This document shows positions 45,213-58,004 of a stretch of DNA of 64,000 nucleotides, one piece after another. How positions within the stretch are numbered: the first letter of the stretch is position 1; the number at the start of each line of letters is the position of its first letter. The notes below the pieces were generated by a model. The model had not been told where the DNA came from, did no database searches, and was given only the letters and a program-made list of their open reading frames with translations. Origin of the DNA: Acidobacteria bacterium RIFCSPLOWO2_02_FULL_65_29 (GTDB taxonomy: Bacteria; Acidobacteriota; Vicinamibacteria; Vicinamibacterales; CAVVIG01); contig MEKT01000174.1 in assembly GCA_001767435.1 (NCBI GenBank), forward strand, positions 36,299 through 100,298, in the 5' to 3' direction. A program made the translations under genes and the position numbers.

Positions 45213-46670
45213 TCACCGATCAGCATCAAGCCTTTTCCTCAGCAGGTCATTGACACGCTTCGGGTTGGCCTTTCCCCGCGTCGCCTTCATCACCTGGCCG
45301 ACGAGAAATCCGAAGGTGGCCGCCTTTCCAGCGTGGTACTGCGCGACGGCGTCTCCGTTCTCCGCCAGCACCCCGGCGATCAGCTCGGCGATCTGCGCGT
45401 CGTCGTCGATCTGCGCGAGCCCTTCGTCGCGTACGATGTCGTCGGCGGAGCGGCCTGACTGAAACATCGTCTCGAACACGCCCTTGGCCATCGCGCCACT
45501 GATGGCGCCCTTTTCGACGAGTGCCAGCAGGCTCGCAAGAGCTGCTGGTGAGAGGGCAGACCTCATCTGAGCGACGCCAACTCGCGCCTCGTTGATCTTG
45601 GCCCGTACGGCGCCCAGCACCCAATTCTTTGCCTCTCTGGGGTTCGCCTGGTGGCGAACCATCTCCTCGAAGTAGCCGTCCAGCCCGGGCTCGATCGTCA
45701 GGTTGACGACGTCGAGTCTCGCGAGCCCGTACATCTTTTCCAATCGCCGACGTTTCGCAGCCGGAGCCTCGGGCATCGCCTCGCGAATCTCCTTGACGCG
45801 GGCATCGTCGAGAACGAGGGGTGGGAGATCGGGTTCTGGAAAGTAGCGATAATCATGCGCGTGTTCCTTGCTCCGCATCGACACCGTCGTGTCACTGTCC
45901 GAGTCCCACAGGCGCGTCTCCTGCAGGATCGGCTCGCCGCGGCGAAGCATCTCTGCCTGTCGTTCGATTTCGTAGTCGAGGGCCCTTTCGAGAAATCGAA
46001 ATGAATTCAGGTTCTTGACTTCGACCTTCACGCCGAGACTCTCGCTGGACAATTGGCGGATCGACACGTTCGCGTCGCACCGAAGGCTTCCCTCCTCCAT
46101 ATTGCCGTCGTTCACGTCCATCGCCATCAGGAGCTCGCGCAGATATCCAAAGAACGACGCCGCTTCCTTGGCCTGACGCAAGTCGGGTTCGGTCACGATC
46201 TCCACAAGTGGCGTGCCGGCGCGATTGAGATCGACGTAGCTCCGACGCTCGGAATCCGCAAAGCCTTCGTGAAGCAATTTGCCCGCATCCTCTTCGAGAT
46301 GGACCCGGGTGATCCGAATGTCGCGTTCGGGTCCCCAGTAGTCGGCATTCGCCTCGATGAGTCCTCGCTCCGCCAGCGGGCGCTCGTACTGCGAGATCTG
46401 ATAACCCTTCGGCAGGTCCGGATAGAAATAGTTCTTGCGGGCGAAGATCGATGTCGGATTGACGCGGCATCCGAGCGCCAGCGCCGCACGGATGCCGAAG
46501 TCGACGGCCGACCGATTGAGCACGGGGAGCGCACCGGGAAACCCCAGGCACACCGGGCACACGTGGGTATTGGGGGGCGCGCCGAACGCCGTGCTGCACC
46601 CGCAGAAGATCTTCGAGGCGGTCCGAAGCTGCGCGTGAATCTCGAGCCCGATGACGGCCTCGCAGGTCAC
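45213..46670 (-). CDS. gatB: Asp-tRNA(Asn)/Glu-tRNA(Gln) amidotransferase subunit B
   Basis: 3' part of ORF 45213..47486, from GTG 46670 (GTGA overlap with pckA): [52 protein letters not shown]. Confidence 0.9.
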   Translation of the reverse strand: MTCEAVIGLEIHAQLRTASKIFCGCSTAFGAPPNTHVCPVCLGFPGALPVLNRSAVDFGIRAALALGCRVNPTSIFARKNYFYPDLPKGYQISQYERPLAERGLIEANADYWGPERDIRITRVHLEEDAGKLLHEGFADSERRSYVDLNRAGTPLVEIVTEPDLRQAKEAASFFGYLRELLMAMDVNDGNMEEGSLRCDANVSIRQLSSESLGVKVEVKNLNSFRFLERALDYEIERQAEMLRRGEPILQETRLWDSDSDTTVSMRSKEHAHDYRYFPEPDLPPLVLDDARVKEIREAMPEAPAAKRRRLEKMYGLARLDVVNLTIEPGLDGYFEEMVRHQANPREAKNWVLGAVRAKINEARVGVAQMRSALSPAALASLLALVEKGAISGAMAKGVFETMFQSGRSADDIVRDEGLAQIDDDAQIAELIAGVLAENGDAVAQYHAGKAATFGFLVGQVMKATRGKANPKRVNDLLRKRLDADR

Positions 46671-48232
46671 GCGCGAGGCCCCGCCTCGCGGACCGCCGAG
46701 GCCACGCCCTGTTCGAACGTCCGGAAGTTGTCGACGAACATGCGCGCGAGCCTGGCCGCCTGTCGATCGTAGTCGGCGCCGTCTGCCCACGTGCCGCGCG
46801 GGCGCAACAGGTCGGCCGGCACGTCGGGACACGCGGAGGGAATGTCGAGATTGAACACCGGGTCGCGCGCGAAGCCGACCTCGTCGAGCCCGCCGGCGAG
46901 CGCCGCGTTGATCATGGCGCGCGTCAGCCGGATCTTGATGCGGGTGCCCACGCCGTACGGACCGCCGGTCCAGCCCGTGTTCACGAGCCAGACGCGCGCG
47001 CGATGCTGCGCGATGCGCTCGCCGAGCATCCGCGCGTACCGGCCCGCCGGCAACGGCAGAAACGGCGCTCCGAAACACGCGCTGAACGTCGCCTTGGGCT
47101 CGGTGATGCCTTTTTCGGTGCCGGCCACCTTCGCCGTGTAACCCGACAGGAAGTGATACATCGCGGCGTCCGGCGTCAGTCGCGAAATCGGCGGGAGAAC
47201 GCCGAAGGCGTCGGCCGTGAGCATCACGACATGCGACGGGTGACCGCTTTGTCCGCCGGGCACCGAGTTGTCGATGAACGCAATCGGATACGCGGCGCGC
47301 GTATTCTCGGTGAACCGATCGTCGTCCAGGTCGAGCTGGCGCGTGACCTCGTCCACGACGACGTTCTCGAGAACCGTGCCGAACCGGCGCGTCGTGGCAT
47401 GAATCTGCGGCTCGGCCTCCGCCGACAGCCGGAAGGTCTTCGCGTAGCAACCGCCCTCGAAGTTGAACACCCCGCGCTCGCTCCACCCGTGCTCGTCGTC
47501 GCCGATGAGTCCCCGACCAGAATCGCTCGAAAGCGTCGTCTTGCCCGTGCCCGACAGGCCGAAGAAGAGCGCGACGTCGCCCGACCGCCCGACGTTCGCC
47601 GAGCAGTGCATCGGCAGCACGTCGCGAAGCGGCAGCAGGTAGTTCAGGGCGCTGAAAATCGACTTCTTGATCTCTCCGGCGTAGCTCGTGCCGCCGATGA
47701 GCACCAGCCTGCGGCTGAAATCGAGCGCGATGACCACGTCGGCACGGGTGCCGTGCCGCGTGGGATCGGCCTTGAAGCTCGGAATGTCGACGACCGTGAA
47801 CTCGGGAACGTGCGACGGCGCAGCCGGATCCGGATCCGCGATGAAGAGGTTGCGGGCGAAGAGACTATGCCACGCGTACTCGGTGACCACGCGAATCGGG
47901 AGTCGATACTCGAGGTCCGCGCCTGCATAACAGTCCTGGACGAACAGCTCGGCGCCGCGAAGCGCCGAGGCGAAGTCGCGCTCGAGCACGTCAAAATGGG
48001 CGACGGTCATGGGACGGTTGACCGCGCCCCAGTCGATGGCCGCCTGGCTCGACGGCTCTTGCGCGATGAATTTGTCGTTGGGGGACCGTCCGGTGTGCTG
48101 GCCGGTGCGACACGACAGCGGGCCGTCGGCGCCGATCACGCCCTCGCCGCGCCGAACCGCCTCTTCGTACAGAGCGGCCGCCGAGAGGTTGCGCTTGATT
48201 CTGGCGCCTAAGCCGTGAATGTCCAGAGACAT
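46667..48232 (-). CDS. pckA: phosphoenolpyruvate carboxykinase (ATP)
   Basis: ORF 46667..48328 trimmed to ATG 48232 ([26 protein letters not shown]). Motifs are TGRSPNDKF and [13 protein letters not shown]. Confidence 0.9.
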   Translation of the reverse strand: MSLDIHGLGARIKRNLSAAALYEEAVRRGEGVIGADGPLSCRTGQHTGRSPNDKFIAQEPSSQAAIDWGAVNRPMTVAHFDVLERDFASALRGAELFVQDCYAGADLEYRLPIRVVTEYAWHSLFARNLFIADPDPAAPSHVPEFTVVDIPSFKADPTRHGTRADVVIALDFSRRLVLIGGTSYAGEIKKSIFSALNYLLPLRDVLPMHCSANVGRSGDVALFFGLSGTGKTTLSSDSGRGLIGDDEHGWSERGVFNFEGGCYAKTFRLSAEAEPQIHATTRRFGTVLENVVVDEVTRQLDLDDDRFTENTRAAYPIAFIDNSVPGGQSGHPSHVVMLTADAFGVLPPISRLTPDAAMYHFLSGYTAKVAGTEKGITEPKATFSACFGAPFLPLPAGRYARMLGERIAQHRARVWLVNTGWTGGPYGVGTRIKIRLTRAMINAALAGGLDEVGFARDPVFNLDIPSACPDVPADLLRPRGTWADGADYDRQAARLARMFVDNFRTFEQGVASAVREAGPRA

Positions 48233-48346
48233 ACGTCGAAGCGTGGAATCGTACTCGGCCGCTCCGGGACAAGTCAATGAACGGGGGCGAATCCCTCCCA
48301 GGTGCGGTAGACTGTAAACACTCGACAATCTTGATCGTAATGACCT

Positions 48347-49033
48347 ATGAGTGACTCCCGAACCGCACGCAACGAACCGTCCCTCGAGGCAGCGATCGCG
48401 TCCGATGGGGCACGCAGCCGCCAGACGGACGTTCCAGCGATTTCAGACGACACGCGGTTGGCGGTCGAGATTCGGGGCCTCGTCGCGGCGGGCGACATGG
48501 CCCTCGCGCGCGATCGCTTTGCCGGCATCGTGTCGGCGCACCAGCGTCGGGCCGTGCGCATCGCGTATCAATATCTGCGTGATGCCGCCGAGGCCGACGA
48601 AGCCGTGCAGGACGCGTTCGTCAAGGCCTTCCTTCACATCAGCTCGTATCGCGAGGCGTGGCCGTTCGAGGTCTGGTTTACCCGCATCCTCATCAACGGC
48701 TGCCTCGACCGCCACAAGGCGCGCGCACGGCGCGAGCGCTGGTTTGTCCCGTCCGAGGAAGCGAGCGGCCTGGACCAGGCGCGCTACGCGGCCGTCATCG
48801 CGCCCGATCAGAACCCAGAAGCGCGGCTGCTCGCGCGCGAGCGCCGCACGCGCCTGGCCAAAGCCATTGGCCATCTCGACGGCCGCCAGCGGCTGGTCTT
48901 CACTTTGTGCCACTATGGCGATCGGACGCCGCGGGAAGTGAGCGCCATCACGGGCCTCAATGAATCGACCGTGCGGGTCCACTTGTTCAGGGCCGCACGC
49001 AAATTGCGCGGTCTTCTTGGAGGCACCTCGTGA
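48347..49033 (+). CDS. ECF-type RNA polymerase sigma factor
   Basis: ORF 48347..49033. Region 2 is [51 protein letters not shown] and region 4 is [38 protein letters not shown]-like. Confidence 0.85.
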   Translation: MSDSRTARNEPSLEAAIASDGARSRQTDVPAISDDTRLAVEIRGLVAAGDMALARDRFAGIVSAHQRRAVRIAYQYLRDAAEADEAVQDAFVKAFLHISSYREAWPFEVWFTRILINGCLDRHKARARRERWFVPSEEASGLDQARYAAVIAPDQNPEARLLARERRTRLAKAIGHLDGRQRLVFTLCHYGDRTPREVSAITGLNESTVRVHLFRAARKLRGLLGGTS

Positions 49034-49662
49034 TTGGCCGTGCACGCCATCTCCACGACGACCGCCTCTTTTCGTGCTACGTGGCGGAACAAAGCGGCGA
49101 GCACGTCGATTCCCCAGCGGCCGAGCACCTGGAGGCGTGTGCCGGGTGCCGCGCGCGTCTCTCGGACCTTGCCAGGTTCATGGACGGCTTGCGCACCGAC
49201 GCTGAGACCGAAAGCGACGCCATCTTCACGCCGGAGGAGCTTCGCGCGCAGCAGCAGCACATTCTGCGGCGCATCGAACACCTGGGGCAGCCGGCTCGCG
49301 TGCTGAGCTTCCCGGCCCGGCTGGTTCGCCGTCACTTGACGCGCGTCGGCGCACGCATCGCCCCGCGCTGGGCGGCGGCGGCGGCCGCCGCCGGCCTGGT
49401 CATAGGCGTGGGCGTCGGCATCCTCGTCAATTTCAACGCGCCATACCGCGCGGAGGGGCCCGCCCCGTCGGTGATGGCGGTGGCTCGCCCGTCGCGCGCA
49501 GAGGCCCCCATCATCGCGGTCAGCGGCCCGGGCACGGCGGCCGACGACGACGCGTTCCTGTCGGAAATCGAAGCGGTGCTCCGTGGTCCCCACAATCAGG
49601 AACTGCTGCTCTTCGATGCGCTCACGCCCCGCGAGTCGGAGATCCTGGCTGGCCTCCGATGA
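49030..49662 (+). CDS. putative anti-sigma factor (zf-HC2-like motif, single TM)
   Basis: ORF 49030..49662, overlapping the sigma gene by 4 nt. It has the HLEACAGC motif (H-x3-C-x2-C) and a TM segment (AAAAAAGLVIGVGVGILV). Confidence 0.65.
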   Translation: MIGRARHLHDDRLFSCYVAEQSGEHVDSPAAEHLEACAGCRARLSDLARFMDGLRTDAETESDAIFTPEELRAQQQHILRRIEHLGQPARVLSFPARLVRRHLTRVGARIAPRWAAAAAAAGLVIGVGVGILVNFNAPYRAEGPAPSVMAVARPSRAEAPIIAVSGPGTAADDDAFLSEIEAVLRGPHNQELLLFDALTPRESEILAGLR

Positions 49663-49667
49663 ACGTC

Positions 49668-49701
49668 AGAAGTGAGACGTTGGAACGAAGTTCTCACTTC
49701 T
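49668..49701 (+). repeat. perfect 10-bp stem hairpin AGAAGTGAGA-N14-TCTCACTTCT
   Basis: Located between the anti-sigma stop (49662) and the ispH ATG (49720). Confidence 0.85.
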
Positions 49702-49719
49702 AACTTTCCGTCATCTCTG

Positions 49720-50916
49720 ATGGCGTCTCTCATCTTCCGCAAGGGCCTCGACCTCAAGGCGGCCGTCGCCGGCATGCTGGCCGAGAGCTATCACAGCGAC
49801 ATCATCGAGCGCGTCAAGGCCGCCGACTTCACCTACCGTGTCGGTCGACTGACCGTGCACCTGGCGCGCGAGTTCGGGTTCTGCTACGGCGTCGATCGCG
49901 CCGTCGACTACGCCTATCAAACGCGCCGGCGGTTCCCGGACCGCGCGGTGTACCTGACGGGTGAGATTATTCACAACCCGCACGTCAACCAGCAGCTGCG
50001 CGCCATGGGTATCCAATTTCTGAGCGATGGCCGGCGCGCCATCGAGGCGCTCGGCGCCCCAGACGTCGTGATCCTCCCCGCCTTCGGTGTCACCGTCGCC
50101 ACGCTGGAGCAGCTCGATCGGCAGGGGTGCACCCTCATCGACACCACGTGCGGCTCGGTGCTCAATGTCTGGAAGAACGTCCGGCGCTACGCCGAGAGCG
50201 CGTGTACGTCGGTGATCCACGGCAAGGTGTGGCACGAAGAAACGCAGGCCACCGCGTCGCAGGCCGTGGGCTACGGTGGGCGCTACCTCGTGGTGTTCGA
50301 TACGCGCGAGACCGGCGAGGTCTGCGACTACATCCGCCAGGGCGGGAGTCCAGCCGCCTTTCTCGCGAAATTCGTGAACGCCGTCTCACCGGGGTTCGAT
50401 CCCGACCGGGATTTGCAGCGCATTGGGCTCGCCAATCAAACGACCATGCTGATGTCGGAGTCGCTCGACATCGAGCGCATGTTGAAGGCCGCGATGACGG
50501 ACCGCTACGGCGAGCGTGCGTTGGCCGACCACTTCGAGGCGTTCGACACCATCTGCAGTGCGACACAGGACCGCCAGGACGCGGTGGTGGCGCTGCTTCG
50601 CGATCGGCCCATCGACCTGATGATCGTGATCGGCGGGTACAACAGCAGTAACACGGCCAACCTCGCACGTATCTGTGCCGGGTCGCGTCCGACGTTTCAC
50701 GTCGCGGAACCCGACTGCCTCGTGTCGGCCGCCGAGATTCGGCATCGGCCCGCGGGCACCAAAGGGGAGGTCACGACCACGGGCTGGCTGCCGTGGAAAG
50801 GACCGGTCGCCGTCGGGCTGACGTCGGGGGCATCGACGCCCGACAACCTCGTCGGCGCGACGATCGCCAGACTCGAGGCGTTCTGCCACGGGGACGAGTT
50901 CGCTAAGTCGTTATGA
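49720..50916 (+). CDS. ispH: 4-hydroxy-3-methylbut-2-enyl diphosphate reductase (long-form IspH/LytB)
   Basis: ORF 49672..50916 trimmed to ATG 49720, because the first 16 track codons lie in a 10-bp-stem hairpin. Motifs are FGFCYGVDRAV, GEIIHNPHV, DTTCGSV and VIGGYNSSNT. Confidence 0.9.
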   Translation: MASLIFRKGLDLKAAVAGMLAESYHSDIIERVKAADFTYRVGRLTVHLAREFGFCYGVDRAVDYAYQTRRRFPDRAVYLTGEIIHNPHVNQQLRAMGIQFLSDGRRAIEALGAPDVVILPAFGVTVATLEQLDRQGCTLIDTTCGSVLNVWKNVRRYAESACTSVIHGKVWHEETQATASQAVGYGGRYLVVFDTRETGEVCDYIRQGGSPAAFLAKFVNAVSPGFDPDRDLQRIGLANQTTMLMSESLDIERMLKAAMTDRYGERALADHFEAFDTICSATQDRQDAVVALLRDRPIDLMIVIGGYNSSNTANLARICAGSRPTFHVAEPDCLVSAAEIRHRPAGTKGEVTTTGWLPWKGPVAVGLTSGASTPDNLVGATIARLEAFCHGDEFAKSL

Positions 50917-50978
50917 ACAAATGACTTAATAGTATCGAGTTTTGGCCGATGGCGGCCGATGAAAATTGTGTGACCTGC

Positions 50979-51005
50979 GAAACGCTTCGGGTCGTACCAT
51001 CGTAT
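50979..51005 (+). promoter_or_regulatory. candidate ECF-sigma-type promoter GAAAC-N17-CGTAT upstream of the Spy-like/efflux genes
   Basis: GAAAC at 50979-50983 and CGTAT at 51001-51005, 34 nt upstream of ATG 51039, within an unusually AT-rich spacer. Confidence 0.3.
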
Positions 51006-51038
51006 TTCCAGAAGAACAGTGATTTCAGAGGTTTACGC

Positions 51039-51566
51039 ATGACTTTGTCCTTCGCGCGCCGGGTGCTGGCTCTTGGGCTTCTGGCCGGCTTCCTCCTGGT
51101 CGACCTCTCGGCCAGCCAGTCGTCGCAGGCGTTCTTCTGGTGGCGATCCGAGGAGTTCAAGAAGGAGCTCGGACTCTCGACCGATCAGGCCTTGAGGATC
51201 GACAGCATCCATCAAAGCACGTTGCCCGAGCTTCGGCAGGAACGGGACGAGCTGAACACGTACGAGGCGAAGCTTTCGAGGCTGCTCGAGTCGAGCACCG
51301 ACGAGGCCCTGCTCGCGCGCCAGATCGATCGGGTCGAAACGGCGCGCGCCAACGTGAACAAAACGCGCTCGCTGATGCTCGCGCGCATCCGGCTGGTGCT
51401 GAACCCGGAGCAGCGCGCGCGATTCAAAGTGATGGCCGAGCGCCGGCAGGGGCAGCAGAACTCACGGCAGCCCGCGCCGGAGGGTCGCCGCCAGCCTGGC
51501 GATCGCGGCCGGCAGTCGAACCCCACCCCCAACACTGGCAACGGCAGCAGCCGTCCGGGTCGCTAA
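51039..51566 (+). CDS. periplasmic Spy/CpxP-like (LTXXQ-motif) protein
   Basis: ORF 50949..51566 trimmed to ATG 51039. It has a signal-like MTLSFARRVLALGLLAGFLLV, helical LTXXQ-like motifs (LSTDQALRIDSIHQ, LNPEQRARFKVMAERR) and a disordered basic tail. Confidence 0.65.
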   Translation: MTLSFARRVLALGLLAGFLLVDLSASQSSQAFFWWRSEEFKKELGLSTDQALRIDSIHQSTLPELRQERDELNTYEAKLSRLLESSTDEALLARQIDRVETARANVNKTRSLMLARIRLVLNPEQRARFKVMAERRQGQQNSRQPAPEGRRQPGDRGRQSNPTPNTGNGSSRPGR

Positions 51567-51599
51567 CCCGGCGTAGAGCTCATCATCGAGGCACCATCC

Positions 51600-53294
51600 A
51601 TGAGACGCACGAATGCAGTTGTCGCCTCGGCGCTGGTCGCCGCGGTGCTGTTTCCGGGAGCGCCCGCGCGGGCGCAGGTCTCGGAGGCGCGCCTGCGGGA
51701 GTTGATCAGACAGGCCGCCGATGCGACGAAGGAGCCGACGGGCTCCGGCGATCCGCAAACCGCCGTCGCCGCGCAGGAGCAGGGACCAATCGTGCGGCTG
51801 ACGCTGGACGAGGCGGTTGCGTTCGCGCTCGACCGCAACCTCGACATCCGCGTGCAGCGTCTGAATCCTGAGCTGCAGGACATCGCGCTCGCGAGCGCGC
51901 GCGCGTTCTACAGTCCCTCGCTGACGTCCGCGGTCAACCGGTCGAACACCGTCGGCACGCCGAGCAGCCAGCTGCAGATCTCGTCGGGAGGCAAAGGCGT
52001 CACGCAGGACCGGCTGGTGTACAACGCCGGCCTCACGCAGAACGTGGCGTGGGGCGGCGGCCTCCTGACGGCCACCTTGAACAACAACCGCAACGTGAGC
52101 GACAGCAACAACGCGCTGTTCAACCCCCAGTACAATGCGAACTGGCAGTTCGTCTTCACGCAGCCGATTCTGCGCGACTTCAAGATCGACGCGCAACGGC
52201 GCACGCTTGCCGTTACCAAGATCAATCGTGATGTGTCGGACATTCAGCTTCGCGCCTCGATGACCAATCTGGTCTCGAACGTGAGGAACGCCTACTGGGA
52301 CTACGTGTTCGCGACGCTCGCCGTTGAAGTCGCCGGCCAGTCGCTCGCGCTCGCCGACAAGCTGGTGGCCGACAACCAGACGCGAGTCGAAATCGGCACG
52401 ATGGCGCCGATCGACGTCGTGCAGGCGCAGGCCGAACAGGCCACGCGCCGCTCGAGCCTCGTGACGGCCCAAAACACCAGGCGGACGGCCGAGCTGACGC
52501 TGAAGCGATTGATCGTGTCGGGCACAGACGATCCGAATTGGAGCGTCACGCTCGAACCGGTGGATCGCCCCGACTTCCAGCCGGATCAGGTCGATCTGGA
52601 AGCGGCGATTCGGCGCGCGCTCAGCGAGCGCACCGACGTCGCGATCGCGAAAAAGAGCATCGAGAACAACTCCACGACGCTCGGCTACCTGCGCAACCAG
52701 GCGCTCCCGGTCGTCGACGCGCAGGTCACCTACGGCGTACAGGGGATTGGCGGCACCCAGCTCCTGCGGTCGAATTCCGGAGTGCTTGGGAGCAGCTTCA
52801 CCACCGTGCCCGGCAGCATCGCCGACGCGTTCTCGTCGCTCTTTCGCAGCCAGTATCCGAGCTGGACGGTCGGTCTGAACGTCACCTACCCCATCGGGAC
52901 CAGCACGCAGGGCGCCGCGGTCGCCCGCGCCCGCGTCCAGCTGAGCCAGGTCGAGGCGCAGATCAAGCAAATCGAGCTGCAGGTGGCGACCGAAATCACC
53001 AACGCGGCCATCACCCTGCGCAACACCGCCGAGTCGGTGCAGGCGGCGCAGGCGGCGCGCGAGCTGTCGCTCCGGCGGCTCGAGGCCGAGCAGAGCAAGT
53101 TCGAGGTCGGCATGTCGACCAACTACCAGGTCGTGCAGGCGCAGCGCGATCTGAACGATGCGCGCAACAGCGAGCTCCGGGGCATCCTGAACTACCAGAA
53201 GGCGCGCGTGGAGTTCGAGCGCCTGCAGCAGACCACGCTGCAGAACACGAACATCACCGTCATCGCCGCAGGCGGCGGCGCGGGCGGAGCGTAA
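51600..53294 (+). CDS. TolC-family outer membrane efflux protein
   Basis: ORF 51600..53294. A signal peptide is followed by two repeats of the OEP pattern (LTLDEAVAFALDRNLDIRV...; LEAAIRRALSERTDVAIAKK...), both of coiled-coil/beta-barrel type. Confidence 0.85.
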   Translation: MRRTNAVVASALVAAVLFPGAPARAQVSEARLRELIRQAADATKEPTGSGDPQTAVAAQEQGPIVRLTLDEAVAFALDRNLDIRVQRLNPELQDIALASARAFYSPSLTSAVNRSNTVGTPSSQLQISSGGKGVTQDRLVYNAGLTQNVAWGGGLLTATLNNNRNVSDSNNALFNPQYNANWQFVFTQPILRDFKIDAQRRTLAVTKINRDVSDIQLRASMTNLVSNVRNAYWDYVFATLAVEVAGQSLALADKLVADNQTRVEIGTMAPIDVVQAQAEQATRRSSLVTAQNTRRTAELTLKRLIVSGTDDPNWSVTLEPVDRPDFQPDQVDLEAAIRRALSERTDVAIAKKSIENNSTTLGYLRNQALPVVDAQVTYGVQGIGGTQLLRSNSGVLGSSFTTVPGSIADAFSSLFRSQYPSWTVGLNVTYPIGTSTQGAAVARARVQLSQVEAQIKQIELQVATEITNAAITLRNTAESVQAAQAARELSLRRLEAEQSKFEVGMSTNYQVVQAQRDLNDARNSELRGILNYQKARVEFERLQQTTLQNTNITVIAAGGGAGGA

Positions 53295-53345
53295 ACAGTC
53301 CTGCGTGAATCAGACCACGATTAGGCGACGGAAACGATCATCAAC

Positions 53346-54710
53346 ATGAAGCGTTCGATCATTGTCATTGGGCTCATGGCGCTGGGCGCCGGCGCTGGGG
53401 CTTACTACTTGCGGAGCGGCGGCGCCTCCGAGGCGGCGCAGCCGGCCGGATCCACCGGCGGTCGGGGCGGCGGCGATTTTGGCGGCGGCTTCGGCGGGTT
53501 CGGGGGGCGCGGAGGCGGCGGGCCCCGTATGCCGATGACGGTCGAAACCGCCGCGGTCAAGCGCGCCGACATGTCCTCGGAAATCACCGTGGTCGGCAAT
53601 CTGATTGGCGCCGCGACGGTCGAAGCCGTCGCCAAGATCAATGGCCGGCTCGACGACATCTTCGTGCGGATGGGCGACCGCGTGACGAAGGGCCAGAAGA
53701 TCGCAAAGGTCGAGGACCGCGAGCTCCAGGAGCAAATCAAGCAGGCGGAGGCGTCGTTTGAAGTGTCGGCGGCCACGATCCGTCAGCGCGAAGCCGACCT
53801 GCGGCTGGCGCAAACCAACCTGGACCGCTCCAAAAACCTCTACGATCGCCAGTTGATTCCCAAGCAGACATGGGACGACACCGACTCGCGTTACCAGGCG
53901 GCGCTGGCGCAGCTCGATCTCGCACGGGCGCAGTACTCGCAGGCGCAGGCGCGGCTCGATGAGCTGAAGATCAACATCGCCAACACCACGATCTTTTCGC
54001 CCGTCAGCGGGTTCATCGCCAAGCGCACGCTCGACCCCGGCGCCTGGGTGACGCCGAACTCGGCCTTCATGTCGATCGTGGACATCACCCTCGTCCGGCT
54101 GGTGGCCAACGTCGTCGAGAAGGACCTGCGGCGCATGAAGCCGGGACTGCCCGCGCGCGTTGAAGTGGACGCGTACCCCGGGGAGACCTTCGCGGGCCAG
54201 GTGGCGCGGGTCTCGCCCGTGCTCGATCCGGCGACGCGCACGGCCCAGATCGAAGTCGAGATCCTCAACCCGCTGTTCCGGTTGAAGCCGGGCATGTATG
54301 CCAAGGTGAACTTCACGGTCGAGCACCGGGAAAAGACGCTCGTCGTGCCGACTGCCGCCCTCGTCGATATGGGCGGCAACCGGGGTGTGTTCCTGCCCGA
54401 CAAGAACGATCAGGGCGACATCGCCACGTTCAAGAAGATCGAAGTCGGGCTGATCGATCAGAACCTGGCGGAAGTGGCGTCGGGGCTGACCGAGGGCGAA
54501 ACCGTCGTGACGACCGGCGCGGGCGCGCTTCGCCAGGGCGACCGCATCGTGCTGCCGGGCCAACCGCAGCCGGGTGCGGGCGCGGGAGCGGCCGGGGGCC
54601 CGCGTGGGCGTAGCGGCGGCCGCGGCGGCGCCGGCCGCGGCGGGCGCGGCGTCGCAGGTCGCGGCGCAACGGGCGGCCCTGGCGGCAATGCCGGCGGCGG
54701 GCGATCGTAG
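53346..54710 (+). CDS. efflux RND transporter periplasmic adaptor (MFP/HlyD family) with Gly/Arg-rich N-proximal and C-terminal tails
   Basis: ORF 53346..54710. It has an N-terminal TM segment, a lipoyl/barrel-sandwich pattern (GRLDDIFVRMGDRVTKGQKIAKVE...IFSPVSGFIAKR), a coiled-coil hairpin, and GGRGGGDFGGGFGGFGGRGGGG plus RGG-type tails. Confidence 0.85.
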   Translation: MKRSIIVIGLMALGAGAGAYYLRSGGASEAAQPAGSTGGRGGGDFGGGFGGFGGRGGGGPRMPMTVETAAVKRADMSSEITVVGNLIGAATVEAVAKINGRLDDIFVRMGDRVTKGQKIAKVEDRELQEQIKQAEASFEVSAATIRQREADLRLAQTNLDRSKNLYDRQLIPKQTWDDTDSRYQAALAQLDLARAQYSQAQARLDELKINIANTTIFSPVSGFIAKRTLDPGAWVTPNSAFMSIVDITLVRLVANVVEKDLRRMKPGLPARVEVDAYPGETFAGQVARVSPVLDPATRTAQIEVEILNPLFRLKPGMYAKVNFTVEHREKTLVVPTAALVDMGGNRGVFLPDKNDQGDIATFKKIEVGLIDQNLAEVASGLTEGETVVTTGAGALRQGDRIVLPGQPQPGAGAGAAGGPRGRSGGRGGAGRGGRGVAGRGATGGPGGNAGGGRS

Positions 54711-54763
54711 TCGATCGTCCTCGAGACGTGGGCAGGCAGCACCAGGCTGCAGCCAGTTGTATC

Positions 54764-54809
54764 GCGGGACTGTAGTCCCGCCGGACATGTAGTGAGGGAC
54801 TTTAGTCCC
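54764..54809. repeat. two REP-like palindromes GCGGGACT-GT-AGTCCCGC and GGGACT-TT-AGTCCC
   Basis: The palindromes lie at 54764-54781 and 54796-54809 in the MFP-RND spacer. The second is preceded by TGTAGTG, as is the copy at 11869. Confidence 0.85.
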
Positions 54810-54832
54810 GCGGGATCGTCAGGAGCTTTCGT

Positions 54833-57994
<3,162 letters not shown>

Positions 57995-58004
57995 GCGGTC
58001 GCGA

